Shown: piece by piece, positions 13,031 to 25,763 of the stretch
Numbering within the stretch: the first letter of the stretch is position 1
Layout of the letters: each line of letters opens with the position of its first letter
Assembly (NCBI GenBank): GCA_951406725.2
Contig: OX597814.1
Location: 137,454,001-137,518,000 of the forward strand
Reading direction: 5' to 3'
Origin: Octopus vulgaris
Taxonomy: Eukaryota
DNA: 64,000 bases
Program-made: the position numbers and the translations under genes
Notes under the pieces: generated by a model
Seen by the model: the letters and a program-made list of their open reading frames with translations, nothing else
Database searches by the model: none
Told to the model about the DNA's origin: nothing

Positions 13031-13399
13031 AGGAGTGGCTGTGTGGTAAGTAGCTTGTTTACCAACCACATGGTTCGGGATTCAGTCCCACTGCATGGCA
13101 CTTTGGGCAAGTGTCTTCTACTATAGCCTTGGGCTGACCAAAGCCTTGTGAGTGGATTTGGTAGACGGAAAATGAAAGAAGCCTGTCGTATATATGTGTG
13201 TGTTTGTCCCCCTAGCATTGCTTGACAACTGATGCTGGTGTGTTTATGTCCCCGTCACTTAACGGTTTGACAAAAGAGACCGATAGAGTAAGTACTGGGC
13301 TTACAAAGAATAAGTCCCGGGGTCGAGTTGCTCGATTAAAGGCGATGCTCCAGCATGGCCGCAGTCAAATGACTGAAACAGGTAAAAGAGAGAGAGTAA
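13031..13399 (+). mobile_element. SINE family A copy
   Basis: Colinear with 1620-1990. Confidence 0.85.
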
Positions 13400-13996
13400 T
13401 TAAGATGGAAGTTAAAGATAAAGTACAAAGAACTTTTTCTTTGTATATTATTATATTATTACGATTATTATAACTTTTTCTTTGTATTTTGTCTTTAACT
13501 TCCATCTTAATATTTTTTATTTTTTACTTTTTATTTTTTATTCTTTACATTTTCACTTTGCTCTTTACCTCTTTGTAACTGATTATTATTTATTATTATT
13601 TATCTTTTTATGTATCATGTCAGATATCTTTTGAACGACCTGTTGATCTCCTCCATTTTCTTATTGCTATATATGTAGGTATATATATCTGTATATATAA
13701 AAGGCAGCATGTGTGTGTGTGTGTATGTGAATATAATTTATACACATCCACAAATTAGTATGCATGTCGCTCAAATTTTAGGAGGACATTCGTCATGATA
13801 TATATAGCAATAAGAAAATGGAGGTGATCAATAGGTGGTTCATCAACTTTTAAGCATTATATTATGTTTTATTTTTAAACATGAGATATAGTCTTCAAAT
13901 TTAGGTTGTTTCTGAAAGACACTATATTTTATAATCAGATTATATATACATTCTCACACAACAATTAAAATATATTTATTTCAAATCACATATTTA

Positions 13997-15203
13997 TCTA
14001 TTTATTTATGAATGGCAGGATGTGTGTGTGTGTGTACGTGAATGTAATTTATGTACGTCCACAAATTAGTACACATGTCGCTCCAATTTTAGGACATTGG
14101 TCACGATCATGGCTGTGTTTTTGTCAACTTATTTTTCCCAAGGCACCCGCGGATAGTGGTAAAAATCGATTTTCAACCATAACTTTTACCAATTTCCACG
14201 TCGTTGAAATCCGTAAGTTTTAACTCAAATGGGGTGGAAGCCTTGGAAATTTTACCCACTCCCAACATTTTACAGAAATAAATTTTCCAGATTGTGAATT
14301 ACATTGTTTGTTATTAAATATATATATAAAATAGCGTGCAAACCTTTGATGCAACCTTCTCCAATGCAGATCTCCGAGGCAAGCTTTTTCAATGCATATC
14401 TTTGATGCTGCCTTTCAGAGGCTTCTGAGCCCCCTTTTGCTCGGTTAATTTAGGCTTAGGTTAAGGTGTAGTTGTGATCCGAACTTAACCTCTTCTGACA
14501 CAGAGGATCAGGAGCCCTTTTGGGCGTTCTATTTTCCTTGTTTGAAGGGCTCCCAACCCATAGGCCAAATAGGGTTAGATGGTAGGGGTGGGGGTTTTGA
14601 AAGGGCCAGCATGTGCAACCTGATCATCTCTGTTGGTTAACTTCCCAACACATGCGTTCTCGTCGCGACAATGATTCTGCAGAACTGGGTTGAGTGTGAA
14701 AACCAACTTTAAAGTATAAATATAGATTTTTTGAATAAGCAATGTTGTGTTCGGTTAAGCCCTATTTGGGGTGAAAAATCAATAAATTGATTCCTTATGG
14801 GGTTTTCCATTCAATCAGGATGAAAAATCGATAAACCAATTCCTTATAGGATTTCTCACGCTAAAATTGGCTACACCCCATTTTCAACCATAACTATAAC
14901 CAATTTTTATGTATTTTGTTCAAACTTGATGCTGGCGTTACTTAGGACTCATGGGATCTTTGAATGCTTTAAGTTCTCAAAAAAAAAAAAAATACAATCG
15001 ATGAGTGGAAAAATCGATAAACCGATTCCTTATGGGATTTCCCAATCAAATTGTCTGCAACCCATTTTCAGCCAAATGTTTACCAATTTCAACGGATTTC
15101 GCTCAAATTTGATGTTAGTGTTACTTAGTTTGGTTTAAAACAAAGCGCTTGATTAGCTTAATAATCTTACTTAATCCTGGGCAATGCCGATCTATACTTC
15201 TAG
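13997..15203 (+). mobile_element. Non-autonomous Helitron, second family; extra truncated 5' end at about 13688-13795
   Basis: A|TCTATTTATTTATGAATGGCAG ... cctgggcaatgccga...CTAG|T, with internal direct repeats. Confidence 0.75.
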
Positions 15204-15223
15204 TATATACCTATATATTTATA

Positions 15224-15254
<31 letters not shown>

Positions 15255-15335
15255 GTGTATGTAACATGTATGTATATATATATATGTGTGTGTGTGTGTA
15301 TATATATATATATAGATAGATAGATAGATATATAG

Positions 15336-16480
15336 GATCAAGATTTGTGCAGAAAAGATTTTCCTCAGATTAATAGATTAACATGTTACACAAGCAGATA
15401 CAAGCACTACTTAAGAGTCTCTTTTAGTTGTGCACCGAACATAAAAAGCATTTTATCAAGTTTCCACAATATAAGCGGGGAGGCAGGTTGCTGTTGCAGG
15501 CTATATAATAAGTGGCCAGTTGGAGGCTGATGGGGTCATCTATGAACCTACGTGATACTTAGGTCTATTAGCCGTAATAACAGTAATGTAACATTGAAGA
15601 GGAATATTATTAGCAGATTAACCAGGTCTCATCCCTATACAGTTACCACGCTGGGAGGAGCATCACCGAAGATCCTGGTACTATGCCACGGGTAATGAAC
15701 AAACCATTGATGCAGATGGAGTGACCAGTACAAATGCTGTACCTGGAAATAAGGACTTATCCAGAACTGGCAACTTGGACTGGGTATCTTCCGTTCCCAG
15801 TTCCGCCACCTTAGATGAGGACTGACCAAACATTCATCTTCAACACTGATGGGATGACCAGCCCCATGCCATATGTTACCAGGAGTGTGAATAGGGCCAC
15901 ATCCCATGTTTATAGATATATTGGTTCGGCGAGTACTTCGTTCAAGAAACGTTTTCTTGACCACCAGTCATCCTGACCTGCCTTGTGTGGGACCTCAGAG
16001 ATCAAGGGACCCCGTGTGATGTCAGGTGGAAATTGATTATCTGGGCCCATATATCAATGGTAGTAGCCGTTGCAAGATCTGCATCATGGAAAGAACCAAA
16101 ATTCTTAAGGACTTTAAGAAGCCTGGTCCATTAAACAGCTGTAAAGAAGTGTTTTCTAAATGTATCCACTTTAAGCGCTACTTTCTAGAAAATTGGATCT
16201 TCCTGTTTGCTCATTAGGCCTCTCCGAGTCTATTAAGGCCCCCCCCCCGATTAAGGGGAAACAACACGTATTCATTAACGTTTTTCCTATTCCTTGAGTT
16301 TTAATAGTTTCCTCACATCTGCAATGCAGATATTTTAAAATTTTGTATTCCTATAGAGTCTCACAAGCTGTCCAGAAGGCTTTGGGTTTGTGTGAAACCT
16401 TGGGTAAGAACTGTATATAAAATTTTGTTGTAATAATCACTGCTCTATTTTTTTAGAGTGTGCTCCTTTCTAATATATAT
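15336..16480 (+). mobile_element. Penelope-like element remnant (GIY-YIG endonuclease region)
   Basis: Across frames: LRVSFSCAPNIKSILS, CCCR..xPVGG, GVIY, YIGSASTSFKKRFLDH, VWDLRD, YINGSSRCKICIMER, LNSCKEVFSKCIH. Confidence 0.75.
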
Positions 16481-16621
16481 TTTATTAACTACAAATACAC
16501 ACACACATGCACTTACATATTTACATATATACACACATATATATCATTCATAATTGTGTATGTTTTATTTGCACAAAAGCATTTTCTGTTTACTCTTTTG
16601 CAGGCTGTTTAACTTGATAGG

Positions 16622-17302
16622 ATGATTGCACAAGCTGCTCATTGCTATAAGTTTTTCATTGATCAAACACTAAAGAGACCTCTGTATTTAAGTCATTATC
16701 AAAGAACTCTCCTACTCCAATTTTGCCGTTTTAAGCATCTCCAACTTTCCAATCCAATTTTACCAACATTTTTTCAAGCAAAGAACTATTTGGAAAGAGT
16801 TGCTCTTGTTGACCAGAATGGGCACTTCCGATACAGAGACCTACTCCATTACAGTGCAATTTTATCGAAAAAAATTAAAAATACAATTGGCTGCACTTCA
16901 AATTCCTGTGAAGGTTTACGGATAGCATTTCTTTGTGAAAATGATTTGTCATATGTCGTAACAAAATGGGCAACTTGGATGATTGGAGCAGCTGCTGTTC
17001 CACTTTGTAAAACACATCCTGTTAAAGAAATTTGTTATTTCATAGACAATTCCAAATCCTCAATTGTTGTTATTAGTGAAGAATTCAAAAGTCTAACTGA
17101 GGAAATAGAACAAAATACAGGAGTTCAAACATTGCTTTTAAGCAAAGATGACTATCTTCATGAGTATGATCCATGTCAAAATTATTGGTTGACTGAATGT
17201 AAAGAGTTGGACAGAAAATTTGAAGAAATGCTTAAAATAAACCAGTTCAAAAACCAGCCAGCATTAGTTATTTATACTAGTGGTACAACAGGGAAACCAA
17301 AG
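16622..17302 (+). CDS. ACSF3: ACSF3-like malonate--CoA ligase, coding exon 1
   Basis: Acceptor ttttgcag ends at 16603 and ATG is at 16622. Basic N-terminus resembles a mitochondrial presequence. Contains RIAFLCEND, AVPL and the AMP-binding P-loop YTSGTTGKPK. Donor aag|gtaagt, phase 0. Confidence 0.92.
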
Positions 17303-18342
17303 GTAAGTTTTTGATTCCACCCACTTAATTTAAATGTTTTATTTACTACTCTCTCTCACATATATATATATATACACACACACATACATACATACACAAG
17401 CACGCATCAATGGGTTGGCTGGTTTGACATGGATCCAATTAATCAAGGACTGCATCCTACTCCAGTATCTGCTTTGGCAGAGTTTATGCTGTTGGGTGCC
17501 CTTTCTAATGCCAATCACTTTGCAATGTGTTCTGGATGTTTTTCTCGTGCACTCTTGAAGTCACCATGTAGATTGCTAGTCACCAAATCCAGGAAGGGAT
17601 GTATGTTGCTTTTCTATGGTAGGAAGGAAGAAATGTGTTTTAGAGGGAGCAGCTACCTGGCTACTTACATTTAGGAAAGAGAGAACAAGAATAAATTAGT
17701 GGTATCTCTAAGGATTTAGATGGTTGGATGAGGTGTCAAGGTGGTACCTCAGGTAGCTGGAGAAGTAGTGTGTGTGTGGGGAAGAGAGGGGAGTAGTGAG
17801 AGAAGCCACTAGAAAACATCTATAAGGATTGAAGGGAGGTGGTGCACAAGTTGGGGAGGCTACAAGATACTAAGCAGGCATACATATATATATAATAATT
17901 CTTGTTATTTTAATTATGCTATCATTTGAAGTAGATTGGATTAATTTTAAGATATATGTGTTCCTGTCAAGATTTAATATTGTTACTGCTTTAGACATTT
18001 TAATCTTGATGATAGTAGTTTTAATGGTTGTAGTAATCAATGAAAATAATTGTTATATGTAAACAAACATAAGTTTGTTTTTGAAGTACTGAAATGTATT
18101 GTAGTACAAGTAGAAAGATATATATTTTCAATATATATGCTGATAGAACAGCATATATAGGATAAAATCCTTAGAGCAGAAAAATCTGTCACAACCAGCC
18201 ATGAGACTTGAACTAACATCCCTTCAATTTCTGGTCAAAGTGCTTTACCATTTAAGCTAAACTGTTTTACTGACAAATTTTTCTGCAATTTAGAATTTAT
18301 AAATTCATCTAGAAACACTATATGGAATAGAAATTATGTCAT

Positions 18343-21300
18343 GGAAGCTTAAAGATCCTGCAAATGCACAGAGATTTAGAGACATACTACTCGAAGCCTC
18401 TGACGAAATAGAAGGGGATATAGCTTCACTTAATGTGGAAGACAACTGGAGATTCCTACGGGACAATCTGCTGACAGCCACTGACCAGATCTGTGGATGG
18501 AGCAAAGTACCATCTCGACCCAGAATAACATGGTGGTGGAACACGGTGGTTGACGGGGCTATTAGACAAAAGAGACAGGCTTGGAAGGACTGGAAGAACG
18601 GTGGTAGCAGGGAATTGTATCAGACAGCCAAAAGGGAAGCTAGGAGACAGGTTTATATAGCCAGAGGGGAAGCGGATAAGAAAAAATTTGCCAATGTTCT
18701 GAGCCGTGAGGATGAAAGACTTGAGGTATTTCGTGTTGCAAGACAGTGTGTGAGAGAGAATCGTGATGTGGTAGGAGAGAAGTGTGTTCGCATGGATGAT
18801 GGTTCACTTGCGCTAAATGAGGATGCAAAGAGAGAGGTTTGGAGATGCCACTATGAAAGTTTGCTGAATAAAGAAAATGAATGGGATAAAGAGAGTCTGC
18901 CAAATGTTGACCCAACAGAGGGACCAGCTATCCGAGTTGATAGTTCCGTGGTAGCTAAGGCAATTAGAAGCATGAAGACAGGGAAAGCCCCAGGCCCATC
19001 AGGAATTACTGCAGAGATGCTCAAAATATCTGGCGGTGTCGGCTATAACCTAGTCACCCGTATAGTCAACCAGGTGATACACGAAGGAGTCATACCCAAT
19101 GACTGGTGTAGCAGCATACTAGTCAACTGCTACAAAGGTAAAGGTGATGCCCTGGATACAAATAATTACAGAGGTATCAAGCTGTTGGATCAGGTAATGA
19201 AGGTTACGGAGAGGGTCATAGCCCAACTAATTAGAGAGAGTTAGTTTAGATGAGATGCAGTTTGGGTTTGTCCCAGGGAAAAGCACCACTGATGCTATAT
19301 TCCTGGTAAGGCAGCTGCAGGAGAAATACCTAGCCAAGGATAAGCCCCTGTACCTGGCTTTTGTTGACATGGAGAAAGCCTTTGATAGGGTCCCCCGATC
19401 CCTCATCTGGTGGTCAATGAGGAAACTAGGGATAGAGGAATGGCTGGTGAGGGCTGTGCAAGCCATGTACAGAGATGCCGTAAGTAAGATTAGAGTTGGC
19501 AACATGTACACAGAAGAATTCAAAGTAGAGGTTGGGGTCCACCAGGGTTCAGTACTCAGCCCCCTCCTATTTATCATAGTCCTCCAGGCAATAACGGAGG
19601 AATTCAAGACAGGTTGCCCCTGGGAGCTCCTCTATGCTGACGACCTCGCCCTAATCGCTGAGTCACTATCAGAACTGGAGGAGAAGTTCCAGGTGTGGAA
19701 GGAGGGTTTAGAATCGAGGGGCCTTAGAGTCAACCTAGCTAAAACCAAAGTACTAATAAGTAGAAAGGTAGAAAACCCACAAATATCATCAGGAAGATGG
19801 CCCTGCTCGATCTGTAGAAAAGGTGTAGGTAGAAACTCTATAAGATGTACCCAGTGTAAGCTATGGACACATAAGAGGTGCAGCAATGTCAAAGGTAGGC
19901 TAACTGGGAAGATAGTTTTTGTATGTGGCAGGTGCTCTGGAGCACTGACCTCCGAAAATCTGCAGAAAACAACTTCTGTCACTTTCCGGGGGAAAAACTA
20001 GAAGTAGTTGATAGTTTCCGCTATCTAGGTGACCAAGTCAGTAGTGGGGGTGGGTGCGCTGAAAGTGTAACTGCTAGAATAAGAATAGCCTGGGCAAAGT
20101 TTAGGGAGCTCTTACCTCTGCTGGTGACTAAAGGCCTCTCGCTCAGAGTAAAAGGCAGACTGTATGATGTATGTGTACGAACAGCTATGCTACATGGCAG
20201 TGAAACATGGGCCGTGACTGCTGAGGACATGCGTAAGCTCGTGAGGAACGAAGCCAGTATGCTCCGATGGATGTGTAATGTCAGTGTACTTACTCGACAG
20301 AGCGTTAGTACCTTGAGAGAAATGTTGTACCTAAGAAGCATCAGTTGTTGTGTGCAAGAGAGACGATTGCGCTGGTATGGTCATGTGGCGAGAATGGATG
20401 AAGAGAGGTGTGTGAGAAAGTGCCAATCCCTAGCAGTTGAGGGAACCCGTGGAAGAGGTAGACCCAGGAATACCTGGGACGAGGTGGTGAAGCACGACCT
20501 TCGGACGTTAGGTCTCACCATGGAAATGACTAGAGACCGAGACCTATGGAAGTATGCTGTGCGTGAGAAGACCCGGCAAGACTAGTGAAGCCATAATCCG
20601 TGGCCCCTACCTGGGACGTAGTCAGTCCACCTGTGCATACCTTCCTTCTTGTGACACTTGTGAAGACCTGTTGAGGCAAGTGAGAATCGAATCGTATCAA
20701 ATCAAATCGAACCAAATCAAATAGATGAACATCAATGGAATTTGTATCCTTGTGGTACCAGTGCCGGTGGCACATAAGAAAACCATCCGAACGTGACCGT
20801 AGCCAGTACCGCAATGACTGGCCTCCGTGCTGAGGGCACGTAACAAACACCATCCGAGCGTGGCCGTCCGCCAGCCTCGTCTAGCACCTGTGTCGGTGAC
20901 ACATAAGAAAACACCATCCGAGCGTGGCCGTCTGCCAGCCTCGTCTGGCACCTGTGTCGGTGGCACATAAAAAACACCATCCGAGCGTGGCCGTCTGCCA
21001 GCCTCGTCTGGCACCTGTGTCGGTGGCACATAAAAAACACCATCCGAGCGTGGCCGTCTGCCAGCCTCGTCTGGCACCTGTGTCGGTGGCACATAAAAAA
21101 CACCATCCGAGCGTGGCCGTCTGCCAGCCTCGTCTGGCACCTGTGTCGGTGGCACATAAAAAACACCATCCGAGCGTGGCCGTCTGCCAGCCTCGTCTGG
21201 CACCTGTGTCGGTGGCACATAAAATCACCCACTACACTCTCGGAGTGGTTGGCGTTAGGAAGGGCATCCAGCTGTAGAAACACTGCCACATCTGACTGGC

Positions 21301-21392
21301 CTGGTGCAGCCTTCGGGCTTCCCAGACCCCAGTTGAACCGTCCAACCCATGCTAGCATGGAAAGCGGACGTTAAACGATGATGATGATGATG
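18343..21392 (+). mobile_element. RTE-clade LINE, 5'-truncated, two frameshifts, 7-bp TSD
   Basis: KAPGPSG, NYRGIKLL, QFGFVPGKSTTDAI, DMEKAFDRV, GVHQGSVLSP, LYADD, Cys-rich insert, RLRWYGHV, RGRGRPR. (GAT)n tail. TSD atgtcat at 18336-18342 and 21393-21399. Confidence 0.93.
20845..21222 (+). repeat. 63-bp GC-rich minisatellite in the RTE 3' UTR
   Basis: Unit aaaaacaccatccgagcgtggccgtctgccagcctcgtctggcacctgtgtcggtggcacata; about 5 near-identical copies plus diverged upstream copies. Confidence 0.93.
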
Positions 21393-21624
21393 ATGTCATA
21401 TGTAAACAAACATAGGTTTGTTTTTGTAGCTCTGTAAGGATTTTATCCTGTATATGCTGTTCTATCAGTACATAGGCGTTGTAAAAATATACATCTTGTA
21501 CTACAATGCACTTCAGTGCTTCAAAAACAAACCTATGTTTGTTTACATATGACATAATTTCTATTCCATCTAGTGTTTCTAGATGAGTTTATAAATTCTA
21601 AATTGCAGAAGAATTTGTCAATAA

Positions 21625-21698
21625 AACAGTTTAGCTTAAATGGTAAAGCACTTTGACCAGAAATTGAAGGGATATGAGTTCGAGTCTCATGGCTGGTT
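21625..21698 (+). pseudogene. tRNA-like sequence within a repeat; inverted copy at 18193-18266
   Basis: D arm gctt-aaatggta-aagc; anticodon-like arm tttga-ccagaaa-ttgaa; perfect T arm atgag-ttcgagt-ctcat; acceptor aacagtt/ggctggt; T5 run just downstream. Confidence 0.55.
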
Positions 21699-22807
21699 TC
21701 TGACAGATTTTTCTTTTCTGTAAAGATTTTATCCTATGTATACTGTTCTATCAGTACTTACGCATTGAAAAAATATATCTTTCTACTTGTAATGAAAATA
21801 ATGTTTGGAACCCTGAAGTATTGAAAATGATTACTTCTGTCATACTTCAACTGACTTGATGGTGGGTCTCTGAAAGGTATTCCTGGACCAATGACAGATG
21901 AAGTCAGTCGTCTCAATACAGTAAGTTGTTGCTTGGTCCCAGCTCAGCTCAGGTTGAGAAGCCCTCTGATCAGTGATGTTCTGATCTCGATCATCTCATT
22001 TTCTAGTACTCCATTATGCAGTGTAAGTTCTTTTCTAAGACTGGTGGTGTGTGAATTGGAGGCAATTTGGTTCCTATTATAACGGATTAAATGACTGTGC
22101 AAAGACTATTGTTGGTTCATAATCCAGTATCTTATTCCTTGTAGGTCAAGGATTTATTTTGGATTGATTTTCATAATTTTTAGATTAGATTAATTGAAGT
22201 TGTTGAAGGTAGTGATGCAGTAGGGATTAATTTGGAAATTAGCTACTGTTTCTTGTAATTGATCAACTGTATCGAGTCTAACTTGTTTGTTTAGTGGTAA
22301 TCTGTAGTGTTTTGAAAACTGACATAACTGTAACATCCAAAATTTCTTTTGCTAAATAGGTAAATTTGCATTTTACTCTAGGGAATAACCAACTTTATGA
22401 CCTTTCTATAATCATAACATTATAAGTGTTATTTGATAGATAACATTTTGCTAAAATATTAATACATTTCTAACAAATGTAGAATGTGTTTGCTTGTTCT
22501 TAAGTCACAAATTGAAATAACTGAAGGGATCTAGAGCTATTAAGGTTGTGTTGCTTTAATTCCTTGTTATTTAATATTGTAATATTTATTCGTTTATCCA
22601 GATGCCTTTGTATGTGCTGTGTGATGAAATGTAGGTGTTGTAAAAAAATGCTAAGTTTTAGTGTTTCTTGAAAGAGTCTGAATCTGAAAATTATTGTCTT
22701 CTTGAATATGGAAGAGAGTAAATGTGCATGACAATCTTTCAAAGCTTATTAAAATTGTCTCTTTGTCTTTGCAGCAGTCTACTGATTAAAGTATGTTATT
22801 GTTTCAG

Positions 22808-22999
22808 GGTGTGGTGCTAACTCATGGCAACTTAACTGCTCAGATAGAAGCTATGATATACAGCTGGGGATGGACAAGAAATGATGTTATTTTACACACA
22901 TTACCACTACATCATGTTCATGGTATTGTTAATGTACTTATGACACCATTCCATTGTGGTGCTACCTGTGTGATGCTTACGAAATTTGACCCACAAACG
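22808..22999 (+). CDS. ACSF3: ACSF3-like coding exon 2
   Basis: tttcag|GVVLTHGNL...WGWTRNDVILHTLPLHHVHGIVNVL...KFDPQT|gtaatt; 192 nt, phase 0-0. Confidence 0.93.
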
Positions 23000-23528
23000 G
23001 TAATTATCATTTGGATTTTATTTTCATTCACCCTTTTGTTACTAGCTCTCCAGTGACCACTCTTGGTCCTATAATATACATTAAAACCTCCACTTCAACT
23101 TATTATTAATTTATGTTCCAAATATCAACTTCAGTATGACAGTTATTTTAATATATTCTTCACTATTTTCAAACTCAATTGAAACAAAGGCATTGCATTT
23201 CAATATTTGTTGATGATAGGGTTAAGTCATCTATCTTTACCAGTGTTTTTTAGGTGAACTAGTGGAGAAGTCCTCTTCACTGTTGTTTCTTTTTCTTCAT
23301 ATTAACAGAGGAGAGGCACTTATTTGTTGGGTGGGTTGTATTTGGTTTTCTCTGTTTTAACCTCTGGTAGTGGAAAAAGTACATTGCAGTTCTCTTACAT
23401 TCTGAGATAAAATTCTGCCATGGTTAGCTTTGCTTTTTATCCTTAGTAGAAGTGAGCTGGGTGGTTTGGGGCTGGTGATATAATAAAAGTACCCGTTATG
23501 TATTGGTCATTTTATTTTATTTATCTTC

Positions 23529-23811
23529 CTTGTTTCAGTCATTGTACTGCAATTGTTCCCAGTACTTATTTTTTAAGTCTGGTACTTTTTCTATTTGTCT
23601 TTTTTCAAACTGATAAATTACCAGAACATAAATAAACCAACACAAGTTGTCAACACACACATACATGCACAAACTTTCATACAGTTACTTTTTGCCAAAT
23701 TCACTCACAAGGCATTGGTCAGTCTGGGCTATAATAGAAGACACTTGCACAAGATGATACACAGTGGAACTGAACCCAAAACTTCTTAACCACACAGCTA
23801 TGCCTACACCT
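23529..23811 (-). mobile_element. Degenerate SINE (family A head and tail), antisense in an ACSF3 intron
   Basis: Reverse complement of the tail (cttgtttcagtcatt) and of the head (tagaagacacttgcacaag...gtggaactgaacc). Confidence 0.65.
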
Positions 23812-25584
23812 GTTACTTTATACTTTTTACCAATAGATTTATTACCTTGTACCAAAGCTCTAAAACTTTATTTTATTTTATTGTCATCCTCCAACACCAC
23901 CAGAGTAATGAAGGCAACACAAAGTGTGGTATGTGAAACTTGCATGGGGTCAGTTCAACTGTCTATACTCTCTCCCTTAATATTAATCTTAGTTATTAGC
24001 AATATTTCACTTAATTAAAGAAGTTATTAATATTGTTAATTACTTTGAATCAAGGCTGCTCATGATACAAATTAAACAAAATCAGAATAAAAACCAAGTT
24101 ATTGATTTACATCTTAGGAGCAAACCTCCATTCTGAGATACTGGTTGTCAACAACTGTTTTGCTGCTAGGTTGTAACTATTTTCCTCTAAGTAGACTGTA
24201 ATATCACCACCATCATCACCAAACAAGGGAGATGCTCTGTAATTGTGTTTACTGAATCGAAACTTAGTATCAAAATTCTCTTCACCTATTCAGGATCTGT
24301 TAGAAAGAAAAATTTAAATGTTTGTTCATTTTAGAAAAAATGTTTTCTTATATACTTCTTTTAAGTTGTAAAAGCTTGTCAAAAGGCAGCTGATATAGCA
24401 CTTCAGTCCTATAACTTTACACCTCTGCTAATGAAACTGTGATTCGGTATGGCTTGTAGTTAATGATATAAAAATAATATAGACTTCATCTCCACACCAG
24501 ATACAAGTATTGATTTATATTGAATAAACACAAGGTTTAATTTTGCAGAGGAGTTGCTCTTTATTTTACTAACCTCCAAAGAGATGAAAATCAAAAACAG
24601 ACCCTGGTGAGATTTGAACTTAGAATGGTGTTTGCAACTAAATACTCCCAATAAAGGACCAAACAAAATATTTTACAAAATTAAGGTACTGGTCCATAGT
24701 TATGCCATTTTTATCACTTCACTGCCTTTTATGGTTGCAAATATTTTTATATACAGAATTTGTACAAGCATTAGGAAATTGTGCTTTTGGAAACATTTAT
24801 GGAAGTAATAATTGCACTTCATTTACTTTTTATTTTATTTCAACTATAGAGATTATACTTTTGCTAGACCAATGTATAATTTTTATAGCTGATGTCTTTT
24901 AGCTGCTTTTTGTTTCTTAACCCCAGGAAGCTCTATTTAAGTTGACTTGATCAAAGGCATGTTAACCATAGTCATTTCTCTTTTATTGAAACACAATATA
25001 TCCATCATTGCATTATCTCTTGTGTTCTCCTTTAAGTTAAGATATGATCTGAGAGTAAGCTAGCTCTTTTTTTTTTTTTTTTTTTTGACAATTTGAGGAA
25101 CCATGTAGGGACATCTCCACTGGTTTGTATTTATTACTTATTTGTTTAATACTGTAATGTTATTCTAAGTATCAAATAGCGACTTTATTTTTGGTAAATT
25201 TTTTGTTAAGATAATCATAATACAAAGTTGTCATTTTATCCATTCACAAGCAAATACATTAGTGAAAGAGACAACTGTGTTTGTATGGATATCTAATATA
25301 AGCAAATATGTTGTTGATAAAGGCTACTAAAGATGACCTAGTGTTTGGCAGATAAATGTATTGTACAAGACATAGGATTGAGATATTTGGAAATTGATTG
25401 CATACTTGTTCAGCTCTTACCACCAGATGATAATGAATATGAAGAAAAACCCATTAAAGCTGAAGATGATAATAGCTGGATGGTTGGGGTGGTTGTTGAT
25501 AGCATTCACCTGTAATTAGGAACATTTATAAAGAATAGATTATATTTCACTGAACACATTGCTTTTCTCTTGCTATATTTCTAG

Positions 25585-25763
25585 GTGTGGTCTCGGCTGC
25601 TGAACCCTGTTGGAGCCAATGATGGTTTAAGAATTAATTTATTCATGGCTGTACCTACTGTTTATGCCAAGCTGATTGAAAACTATGAATCAAATATGCG
25701 AAATAACCAGGAAGATATGTACATGGGAAAATTTGTCAAAAACACCTGTCAGAATCGTATCAG
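25585..25763 (+). CDS. ACSF3: ACSF3-like coding exon 3
   Basis: ttctag|VWSRLL...INLFMAVPTVYAKLI...QNRI-ag|gtaaaa; phase 0-2. Confidence 0.92.

Noticed and set aside
15528-15530. TGA after PVGG as a selenocysteine codon
   Set aside because: It coincides with a frameshift or deletion leading into DGVIY, and the copy is too decayed to judge.
20697-21358. Repetitive ORFs and CRISPR-like appearance of the 63-bp array
   Set aside because: Units are contiguous with no unique spacers, there are no cas genes, and the array sits in a eukaryotic LINE UTR.
21625-21698. Functional tRNA-Ser(AGA) gene
   Set aside because: No long variable arm, C rather than U before the anticodon, an acceptor mismatch and several G-U pairs.
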